From an uncultured Armatimonadetes bacterium (GTDB lineage Bacteria > Armatimonadota > Fimbriimonadia > Fimbriimonadales > Fimbriimonadaceae), in the NCBI GenBank assembly GCA_963800805.1, contig CAWDCK010000014.1, forward strand, positions 18,170 through 82,169: a DNA stretch of 64,000 nt. The letters are read 5' to 3'. The position numbers and the translations under genes are program-made. Under the pieces are notes generated by a model. The model made no database searches, was not told the origin of the DNA, and was given only the letters and a program-made list of their open reading frames with translations. Every line of letters begins with the position of its first letter. Positions within the stretch are counted from its first letter, which is position 1. Below, in pieces: positions 56,393 through 64,000 of this stretch.

Positions 56393-58204
56393 TTAACTTG
56401 CTTCGTCTAAATCAATGTCTTTCTCCCAGAAACAAACTCGATTCCTGCCTTGCCCCTTTGCTTGATAAAGGGCTTTGTCTGCACTCTTTAAAACTTCCAA
56501 CCCAGAACGAGTTTGAGAGCTCAATTCAGCAACTCCAAAACTTGCGGTAATTGGTCGATTGTCCCATCGATATACCTCGATCGACCTGCGAATTCTCTCC
56601 GCAAGATCATAGGCTTCATCGGCATGATGTGAGCACACTATTGCAAATTCTTCTCCCCCATACCTGGCAATCTCTTCGTCGGCCCCACATTGCTCCTGAG
56701 TCAATTTTGAAACCTGCTGCAAAACTGTGTCACCTACCGAATGGCCAAATTCATCATTCAAATTTTTGAAATGATCAAGGTCAAACATAATTACTGAGAA
56801 ACTTTGGTTCTGACTTGAGGCAGATTCAAAGGCTTCTCTCAAAATTCTATCCAAACTTCGTCGGTTATAAAGCCCGGTCAATGAATCTCTTGCTGCAAGC
56901 TTTTCAAGGTTGTTCTCCCGCTCAACCTGTTCGGTTATATCTTGGATTTGTGAAACCAGGAAAAGGGGTTTTCCAGATTGATCGCGAATGATCCTGCCAT
57001 GAACGTTTGCATTAACAAAATTGCCAGACTTGGTCACAAACCGCTTTGAGAAAGTGTATTCATCCGACTCACCCGATAATGCTGCTTCAAAAATAACTTG
57101 ACTTTCGTTTAAGTCTTCTTTATAGGTCACATCAGAAAATCCCAACAACAATAGTTCTTCACGCGGATATTCCAGAAGGTCGCAGAATGATTGATTCACT
57201 TCCCTCCAACTCCCATCAAGATTAAGCATAACCATCCCTACAGGAGCAGTTTCAAAAATATGCTCTAGCAAGTTTTTACTCGCTTCAAATTCGGCCGATT
57301 GCGCTTTTCGAGAAATAGCTAGCCTTTGCACTTCAACCCATTCCTTAACCGAAAATGCCGTCAAACAAGCCAAAACTAGCGACATGCCAAAAATCCAGCT
57401 TGGTAACGGAGAAGCCCAACTTTGAATTGTTGCTACTTTTGGTATGACTTGAATTCTCCATTGCGAACTGTAAAGCGACATGTTTTCTTCGGCATGAAAA
57501 TGAGATGCTTTAGTATTTTCCGAAGTTGTCGAGAAAATTGGAGTACCTTCTTCCAAAATCTTGATATCGTATTTCGATAAATACTCTGAAGGAATGTCAG
57601 AAATCAAATCATTCATGATGCAGACTCCTGCCGATATCCCTAGAAATTTGCCATCTCTAAATGCCGGTGCGTAAATCAAAAACCCTTGTCCACCCTGAAC
57701 AAGATTTAAAATCTTCGAAATGGTTTTCTTGCGTTCGTTCACCGCTCTAGAAACCGCTGTTTTTCGCTTTAGTTCAAAGGTCAGATCTAAATTGATGGCT
57801 TTTTCATTGCCTTTTGTTGGCTCAAGCCATTTGATCCGCAAATCTGATCCTATCCACTCTACAACCTTAAACTCAGCAATATCTTTAACATAGTTACTAG
57901 CATCTAATCGCCAAGAATCTTCACTATGCATATATCCAGCAGCCATTCGGTCGGACATTCGGTTTAACACATCTGTATTAGACTGCAACCGAGTTTCTAA
58001 AAACGTTTTTATTCCGCGAGCCGCTTCTTGAGAAGATCTTCGATTTTGCTCGGCCTCATCAACCAAGGTCCGCGAAAGAAGTAATGACCCGATTCCCAAG
58101 ACAAAAATAAAGCTACAAACTGGCAACCACCGACAAAATTTGCATATTCGATTTTTTAGACCGAGTTTCTCGGGACGAGTACTCGGACACAAAATTTGCC
58201 GCAC
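56393..58204 (-). CDS. Diguanylate cyclase (CHASE-like sensor + PAS + GGDEF)
   Basis: Two TMs flanking a periplasmic domain, a PAS domain, and DSLTGLYNRR, FDLDHFK and RYGGEEF motifs. Confidence 0.92.
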   Translation of the reverse strand: MRQILCPSTRPEKLGLKNRICKFCRWLPVCSFIFVLGIGSLLLSRTLVDEAEQNRRSSQEAARGIKTFLETRLQSNTDVLNRMSDRMAAGYMHSEDSWRLDASNYVKDIAEFKVVEWIGSDLRIKWLEPTKGNEKAINLDLTFELKRKTAVSRAVNERKKTISKILNLVQGGQGFLIYAPAFRDGKFLGISAGVCIMNDLISDIPSEYLSKYDIKILEEGTPIFSTTSENTKASHFHAEENMSLYSSQWRIQVIPKVATIQSWASPLPSWIFGMSLVLACLTAFSVKEWVEVQRLAISRKAQSAEFEASKNLLEHIFETAPVGMVMLNLDGSWREVNQSFCDLLEYPREELLLLGFSDVTYKEDLNESQVIFEAALSGESDEYTFSKRFVTKSGNFVNANVHGRIIRDQSGKPLFLVSQIQDITEQVERENNLEKLAARDSLTGLYNRRSLDRILREAFESASSQNQSFSVIMFDLDHFKNLNDEFGHSVGDTVLQQVSKLTQEQCGADEEIARYGGEEFAIVCSHHADEAYDLAERIRRSIEVYRWDNRPITASFGVAELSSQTRSGLEVLKSADKALYQAKGQGRNRVCFWEKDIDLDEAS

Positions 58205-58308
58205 CCATATATTCTTGGTTGTTCCAAGACAATTCCTTTCATTATCGAACCATTTTCTTGCGAAAAAAATGTCAATTTTTACCCTTCACTTTTTATCAAA
58301 CTTTTTTA

Positions 58309-59238
58309 TCAGGCCAACTTTTCCCCTCTAGCTTCCACAAAAAGTGAATACCAGTCCTCGCGTGACATTAGAATCTCTGTAGATTTTTCGGCCGACTTTA
58401 TTCTTTCTGGATTTGTACTACCTACAATCGGAATGATTCGACTCGGATGCCTGAGTAACCAGGCAAAACATACACCCGCCCGATCTGTTTTATATTTTTC
58501 AGCCATCTCCCCAATCAGCTTCCAAATAGATATTCGATCCACATGCTCCGGTTCCGAGTCCGATGCTAACCAACCTCCCGCCACTGGTGACCAACTCAAC
58601 GGCGTCATTCCAAGCTTCAAACATTGATCTAAGGTGCCATCCCGGAATCGATCCAAGTGACCAAAACTCACTTCCACTTGGTTGACAAGGAGTGGATCCG
58701 GTAAAGCCGCCTGCAATGTCTCGACAAAACTCGGAGAAAAATTGGAAACTCCAAACCACCTCACTTTCCCCGATCCACTCAACTCTGAGAACGCTTCTGC
58801 CACTTCATGAGGGTCCATAAGATAATCAGGTCGATGCAATTGATAAAGATCAATTCGATCCGTTTGCAATCGTCTCAGTGATTGTTCACAACTCCATAAA
58901 ATATGCTTTTTGCTGAAATCATAGCGATGAGGAGAATCTTCACCCGCGTCTCCTGCCCAACGAATCCCGCATTTGGTAGCTAACAAAATCTCATCACGCA
59001 TTGTCGGATTCTCCTTCAGTAGTCGACCGTGAATGGATTCACACTCGCCATGCGCATAGATGTCGGCATGGTCAAAAAGTGTATATCCAGACTCCCAAGC
59101 TGCAAGTAAAGCTGAGCGACCTACGGCTTCCAATTCCGGTGAAAACTTAGAACGATCCCAGGTTCCGGCAATTCGCATACAACCATATCCAACGGCAGAA
59201 ACTTTCGTTCCAGATCGGCCCAAATCAAAGAATCTCAT
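58309..59238 (-). CDS. Aldo/keto reductase
   Basis: FDHADIY, LATKCG, DLYQLHRPD, GVSNF and PIVGSTNPERI motifs. Confidence 0.92.
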   Translation of the reverse strand: MRFFDLGRSGTKVSAVGYGCMRIAGTWDRSKFSPELEAVGRSALLAAWESGYTLFDHADIYAHGECESIHGRLLKENPTMRDEILLATKCGIRWAGDAGEDSPHRYDFSKKHILWSCEQSLRRLQTDRIDLYQLHRPDYLMDPHEVAEAFSELSGSGKVRWFGVSNFSPSFVETLQAALPDPLLVNQVEVSFGHLDRFRDGTLDQCLKLGMTPLSWSPVAGGWLASDSEPEHVDRISIWKLIGEMAEKYKTDRAGVCFAWLLRHPSRIIPIVGSTNPERIKSAEKSTEILMSREDWYSLFVEARGEKLA

Positions 59239-59310
59239 GCCAAAAGTTTAGCTCAAACTCTAAAACTGGCAATTCTTACAGTCAATAATTGCGAATTCTC
59301 CGTTTTAGCA

Positions 59311-59335
59311 ACTAAATATTAGGTACTTTTATTAT
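59311..59335 (+). promoter_or_regulatory. Candidate operator motif upstream of PEP-CTERM gene
   Basis: ACTAAATATTAGGTACTTTTATTAT aligns with minus-strand ACTAG-TATCAGGTACTTTTACTAG at 1679-1702. Confidence 0.45.
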
Positions 59336-59373
59336 TCAGCTTATTCATTTAAGCCAAATTTTGAGAGAGGAAT

Positions 59374-60195
59374 ATGAAGAATTACAAATTGTTAAGCATC
59401 GCATTTGCTATGCTCAGTGTTTCAGCGGCAAATGCTGTCCTAGTCATAGACCGGGGCCTTCCAACAGCAAACCTAAACAATATTTCTGGAGCAAATCGCT
59501 CCAATGTTTCATGGGGATTTGGTCAAAATCCAGAAGACTATTTCACTGGTGATGATTTCACATTAGGATCCACCGGCGATGCCAACAACCCAATTTGGAA
59601 AGTTAACAAAATCACAACATGGGCAACTAGTGGCCCAAATGGAGATGCAAACTTTTTCCTTGGCGATCGATATACAAATGTCCGATTGTACGCTGGTGGC
59701 CTTTCAGGTATCGGAGTAATCTCAAGCGGAAACTTTTCAATTGGTCAAAGTAATACCGATAACGCAAACATCACAATTACCAAAGTAACCTACCAAAATG
59801 GCGATGGTTATCAAGTTCCAAATAACAACTATGTTCAGCTTTGGAAAGTAGAATTCAGCAACTTAAACTTAATAGTTAACCCAGGTGACTTAACCCAGTT
59901 TGGTGTTACTGGTGCTGCACGAGATCAGAATTCTGGCAACACTTGGTTCAATCATGCTTCCAATGCCGCACTTAGTGGCAGCACACAAGATGGATCCGAC
60001 GACCTTTACCGCTACCACACCGTCAACGACCTAATTAGTGGATCTGGTGCATGGACATCTGCCGGAAATGGTTGGGACAAAGCTAGTGATGTTAACGTCC
60101 TTGTCGATGCCGAAGCTGTTCCCGAACCAGTGACTCTAGTATTGGCCGGAGCATTATTACCATTGCTTGCAAAACGAAGAAAGAAATCTATCTAA
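59374..60195 (+). CDS. PEP-CTERM sorting domain secreted protein
   Basis: SD GAGAGG, signal peptide and C-terminal VPEPVTLVLAGALLPLLAKRRKK. Confidence 0.92.
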   Translation: MKNYKLLSIAFAMLSVSAANAVLVIDRGLPTANLNNISGANRSNVSWGFGQNPEDYFTGDDFTLGSTGDANNPIWKVNKITTWATSGPNGDANFFLGDRYTNVRLYAGGLSGIGVISSGNFSIGQSNTDNANITITKVTYQNGDGYQVPNNNYVQLWKVEFSNLNLIVNPGDLTQFGVTGAARDQNSGNTWFNHASNAALSGSTQDGSDDLYRYHTVNDLISGSGAWTSAGNGWDKASDVNVLVDAEAVPEPVTLVLAGALLPLLAKRRKKSI

Positions 60196-60202
60196 TTGGA
60201 AC

Positions 60203-60248
60203 AATCAAGCCGCTTCAATGATGTTAATGTTGAGGCGGCTTTGATTTT
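60203..60248 (+). terminator. Intrinsic terminator between convergent genes
   Basis: AGCCGCTTCAA (60208-18) / TTGAGGCGGCT (60230-40) stem followed by TTGATTTT. Confidence 0.65.
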
Positions 60249-61264
60249 AACCACGCTTCAGCATCTGTCATCATTTTGGACCCGTGCCTGAGAACATACT
60301 CTTTAAAACTAGGCTGAACTGCCGATTTTGCTACCATCCACAGATAAACACTGGCTTGTCGCGCCGCTAAGAACTGGGGCAAGTACAGCAATTGCTCTCT
60401 CTCTACTATCCCATTCTCATCGTATCCTGACAAAAAATGTTCAAGCGAACCATATTGACCAGGTTCAATACTATAACTTCCAAAAATAACCGCCAAATCA
60501 TAAAGCCAAAATCCATCACCACAATCATCAAAATCAATTGGCCTTGCTTCTTTTGGCGTAAACAAAACATTTCGTTCGTGCAAATCAGCGTGAATCAGAC
60601 CCCAAGTCGAGGAGCATTTCCCAAGGTGCTCTTCAACTTGTCGAAAGGCCATCGCCGACCTTTCCATCGTTAATCTGTGCTCATCCGGAACCCTAGCCCA
60701 AGCATCTTTCACCGGAATATCTAACGGACAAGTTTCCCCAAAAAGGCCCTCCCAATCCCAAGCCCCTCTCCGAAACGACTCAGGACGCTCCCAATGCTTC
60801 GCATGCGAGTGCATTTGTCCGACAAGTCGCCCTAAACTGTGAGATCTTGAGCGATCTAGATCAGTAACAAACCGACCATTCATCCAACGCATGAGAGTGA
60901 CAGGACGGTACAAATCCCCAGATTGAACATGTGCCACAACTCCTCCTTCTAAAGTTCGAATTGGTTCCGGAACAACCAAGTTTACATCCCTTTTCAAAGC
61001 TAAAAGCCATTCCATTTCTCCCGGAATCAAGCTTTCAAACAATTCGCCACGGCCATGCAGTCGCAGGAGAAATGTGTTTGATCGATAAGCCTCCGAGTCT
61101 TTGCCCCCCTGTCCTGTCGCAACCCGAAAAGTGGCGTTCTCTCCATGAAAAATCAGACGAATAGAGTGCCACTCTATGCCAAATTGCGGCAAAACTCGGC
61201 GAGCCATTTCACTCAATCGGCGAACTTGACCAAGATAACTCAAATCATGCCAACTGGTGGACAC
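60224..61264 (-). CDS. APH-family phosphotransferase (homoserine kinase type II-like)
   Basis: GENATF, LIHADLHERN and IDFDDCG motifs. Confidence 0.85.
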   Translation of the reverse strand: MSTSWHDLSYLGQVRRLSEMARRVLPQFGIEWHSIRLIFHGENATFRVATGQGGKDSEAYRSNTFLLRLHGRGELFESLIPGEMEWLLALKRDVNLVVPEPIRTLEGGVVAHVQSGDLYRPVTLMRWMNGRFVTDLDRSRSHSLGRLVGQMHSHAKHWERPESFRRGAWDWEGLFGETCPLDIPVKDAWARVPDEHRLTMERSAMAFRQVEEHLGKCSSTWGLIHADLHERNVLFTPKEARPIDFDDCGDGFWLYDLAVIFGSYSIEPGQYGSLEHFLSGYDENGIVEREQLLYLPQFLAARQASVYLWMVAKSAVQPSFKEYVLRHGSKMMTDAEAWLKSKPPQH

Positions 61265-61293
61265 AATTCATCTTAACTGATATTCCTAAACCT

Positions 61294-62508
61294 TTATGGC
61301 AAGGAATGCCCCATTTTCTCGCGTTTAGTATTCAAATACTTCTCATTAAACGCGGTTGGCTGGGCAACTATAGGCACGGTTTCAACCACTTCTAAACCAA
61401 ACGCCTGCAGGCCGACTCGCTTTTGAGGGTTATTACTCATAAGGCGCATCTTCCTAACCCCTAAATCGTACAAAACCTGCGAGCCCAATCCGTAATCTCG
61501 TAAATCGGGTCGAAATCCTAATGCCTCGTTGGCTTCAACGGTATCCATACCCCCATCCTGCAATTCATAAGCTTTGAGTTTGTTAACAATACCAATCCCC
61601 CGACCTTCTTGAGCAATGTAAAGCACAATTCCGCTTCCTTCAGCTTCAATCATTTCCAAGGCCATTGCAAGCTGATCACCGCAATCGCATCGCAGAGATC
61701 CTAAGATATCGCCGGTCAAACAACTACTATGCACTCGCACTAAAACCGGTTCATCGGGATTGATTTCTCCCTTGACAATTGCCAAAAACGGCTCAGTTTC
61801 TACTTCAGCCTCATAAGCGTACAAAGTAAAGTCGCCATGATGAGTAGGAAAATGAATCGGTCCCGCGGCGCAGGAAACCAGTTTTTCATTCTTGCGACGA
61901 AATTCAATCAAATCTGCAATGGTAATCATGGCTAAACCATGCTCCGCCGCATAGGCTTCCAGTCCCCCGCCAAGCCTCAGCATCTCGCCATCATCGCCAA
62001 CTATCTCAACTCCCACAGCCACTTCTTGGAAACCTGCCATTCGCGCCAAATCAACCGATGCTTCGGTGTGCCCAGCTCGTCGCAGAGTGCCACCTTCTTC
62101 AGCCCGTAATACCAACATGTGACCAGGGCGCATCAATTGGTCTGGACGAGATTCAATATCACAAAAAACAGCAACCGTTCTTGCTCGATCTCCCGCACTG
62201 ACGCCAGTTGTTGTTCCTTCTACGGCATCTGCAGTTTCTGCCATTGCCGTTCCAAGGCGAGCTGTATTTTGTTTGGTCATCATCGGAACACCAAGTTCCT
62301 CCAACCGACTAGGAGTTGTCGAAATGAAAGGAACTCCTCGACCAAATCGAATCATGAAATTCATGGCTTCCGGAGTGCAAGCTTCTCCCGCCATAATCAA
62401 ATCGCCTTCGTTTTCCCGATCCGGATCATCGACAACAATTATCATCTTGCCTTCTTTAAGCAAGTCTAGAGCTTCGGGAATGGAAGAAAAAGCCATCGGC
62501 AAAACCAT
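61294..62508 (-). CDS. ribBA: Bifunctional DHBP synthase / GTP cyclohydrolase II
   Basis: DDPDRENEGD, RAGHTEA, RVHSSCLTGD, RCDCG and QEGRGIG motifs. Confidence 0.96.
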   Translation of the reverse strand: MVLPMAFSSIPEALDLLKEGKMIIVVDDPDRENEGDLIMAGEACTPEAMNFMIRFGRGVPFISTTPSRLEELGVPMMTKQNTARLGTAMAETADAVEGTTTGVSAGDRARTVAVFCDIESRPDQLMRPGHMLVLRAEEGGTLRRAGHTEASVDLARMAGFQEVAVGVEIVGDDGEMLRLGGGLEAYAAEHGLAMITIADLIEFRRKNEKLVSCAAGPIHFPTHHGDFTLYAYEAEVETEPFLAIVKGEINPDEPVLVRVHSSCLTGDILGSLRCDCGDQLAMALEMIEAEGSGIVLYIAQEGRGIGIVNKLKAYELQDGGMDTVEANEALGFRPDLRDYGLGSQVLYDLGVRKMRLMSNNPQKRVGLQAFGLEVVETVPIVAQPTAFNEKYLNTKREKMGHSLP

Positions 62509-62641
62509 TCTACGTCCCCATACAATATCAAAGCCAATCAGACCTATTCAATTCTTCGCGATCATTCCAACATTCACTACCAAATTGTCTACATCTAAAG
62601 CCTAGTCAACAGAGCACGATATAGGTAACACTTGAAGTCAT

Positions 62642-64000
62642 ATGCGTAAGTCTCAGGTAATTGCTTCTGGTTGGGAGTTTATAAACTCATCAAGAGAAAA
62701 CCTACCAATAATGAGCAAACCTGGAGTGCCAGACTGGCTTGAAGCCAGAGTTCCAGGATATGTGCACACCGACCTCGTCCGGCAAGGCATCATTGCGCAT
62801 CCCTTTTATCGAATGAATGAAGCCGGGTGTCAGTGGGTTGATCACGTTGACTGGAGCTATCGTACAAATTTCAGTCACGAAACAGATACAAACCACACCT
62901 CGCATATCCTTCATTTTCACGGTCTCGATACTGTCTGCGAAATTTTCCTCAATGGACAATTGATTGGCAAGCATTCAAATGCCTTTCTTCCTCTTGCCAT
63001 TGATGTTTCTAAGGTCATCAAGCCTGGCGAGAACTCTTTACAAATCGATTTCAAATCAGCCTTTAAGGCCGGTGAAGCCAAGAGAAAAGACTATTTTGCA
63101 AAACATGGACTAAAAGATCCAACTGCAAACTTCGATGAGCGTTCATTTGTCAGAAAGCCTCAATATATGTTCGGCTGGGATTGGGGCCCTCGCCTCATCA
63201 GTTGTGGCATTACTGCTCCAGTAGAACTCATTTCAAGTTCACAAGAACCAGAAATTTCCAATGTAAATGTAAAACAAACTCACGGCAAAGATGGCTCAGT
63301 TTTAGTGCGAGTAGAAATCGAAACCTCAATTGCCATTAACCAACATATTTTAGAAGCCAGTTTAAGCGATGAAACTTACTTCGAAGATCTAGTTCTAAAA
63401 CAGATTTCAGATACAAATTATGCTGCCGAACTAAATATTGAAACTCCAGAACTATGGACTCCATTTGCCGAGATCCCTCATCTTTATGATCTCAATATTG
63501 AAATCTATCGCGAAGATGACACGATTATTCAAGAGATTGAAAAGAAAATCGGTTTAAAAACTATCCAATTGGTTCAAGAGAACGATGAATTCGGAGAATC
63601 ATTTGAATTCAATCTCAACGGAGAGCCAATTTATATTCTCGGTGCAAACTGGATTCCAGACCACTCATTCCCAGGCACAATAACTCGAAGTCAAGTTTTT
63701 GACAAAGTGCAAGCTGCCAAAGATATGGGAATGAATATGCTCCGAGTCTGGGGAGGAGGTCTCATGGAAAGCGAAGATTTCTATGATGCTTGTGACCAAA
63801 TTGGAATCCTTGTTTGGCAAGATTTCCCCTATGGCTGCGCATACTATCCCGATGACACCGAACACCAATCAGAAGCTACTGAAGAAGCTGAATTCCATAT
63901 CAAACGATTGCGCAATCGAGCCTGTTTAGCCATTTGGTGCGGAAATAACGAAAACCACACAATGTTCGATGACAAATGGGGCGGAATAGAAAACAATCCA
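62642..64000 (+). CDS. Glycoside hydrolase family 2 beta-mannosidase (3' truncated by window; absent from ORF track)
   Basis: From ATG 62642: VPGYVHTDL, GLDTVC, RKPQYMFGWDWGPR, GANWIP, RVWGGG, VWQDF and WCGNNEN. Confidence 0.92.
   Translation, partial: MRKSQVIASGWEFINSSRENLPIMSKPGVPDWLEARVPGYVHTDLVRQGIIAHPFYRMNEAGCQWVDHVDWSYRTNFSHETDTNHTSHILHFHGLDTVCEIFLNGQLIGKHSNAFLPLAIDVSKVIKPGENSLQIDFKSAFKAGEAKRKDYFAKHGLKDPTANFDERSFVRKPQYMFGWDWGPRLISCGITAPVELISSSQEPEISNVNVKQTHGKDGSVLVRVEIETSIAINQHILEASLSDETYFEDLVLKQISDTNYAAELNIETPELWTPFAEIPHLYDLNIEIYREDDTIIQEIEKKIGLKTIQLVQENDEFGESFEFNLNGEPIYILGANWIPDHSFPGTITRSQVFDKVQAAKDMGMNMLRVWGGGLMESEDFYDACDQIGILVWQDFPYGCAYYPDDTEHQSEATEEAEFHIKRLRNRACLAIWCGNNENHTMFDDKWGGIENNP

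Noticed and set aside
58196-58627. 143-aa plus-strand ORF
   Set aside because: It is largely antisense to the aldo/keto reductase and has no recognisable features.
62509-62641. FMN riboswitch upstream of ribBA
   Set aside because: None of the conserved RFN sequence blocks are present, and the region is short.
1-64000. CRISPR arrays, IS elements, prophage, defence systems, rRNA
   Set aside because: By eye I saw no regularly spaced direct repeats, transposase, integrase, phage or defence motifs, and no rRNA sequence.

Overview
A 64 kb stretch of ordinary bacterial chromosome. The PEP-CTERM proteins, gene content and protein style suggest Armatimonadota (Fimbriimonadaceae-like), which is an inference. 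It is mostly housekeeping: lnt, scoA/B, folD, purE, ftsZ, dapF, thyX, trpG/pabA, typA, lipB, pyrR-pyrB-pyrC, lpdA, pxpBAC, dut, purA, ribBA, alkA and tag, plus tRNA-Ser(UGA), tRNA-Ile2(CAU), three PEP-CTERM genes, peptidases and signalling proteins. I found no integrase, transposase, phage gene or CRISPR array. The best leads lie outside the ORF track. (1) A hidden secreted or outer-membrane selenoprotein candidate at 9297-9909 has a signal peptide, a C-P-L-(TGA) CxxU motif, a SECIS-like hairpin 13 nt downstream, and a one-base frameshift into a beta-barrel-like C-terminus. (2) A 29-aa microprotein at 21734-21823, with a strong Shine-Dalgarno, consists only of a type IV prepilin leader and hydrophobic helix, in an AT-rich accessory patch. 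(3) A promoter-leader-terminator RNA with alternative folds lies upstream of purA. (4) A motif is shared upstream of the PEP-CTERM genes. mntR (16008-16412) and a GH2 beta-mannosidase (62642 to the window end) were also missed by the ORF track. Two or three single-base insertions in short homopolymers suggest assembly indel errors, so frameshift claims need checking against reads.
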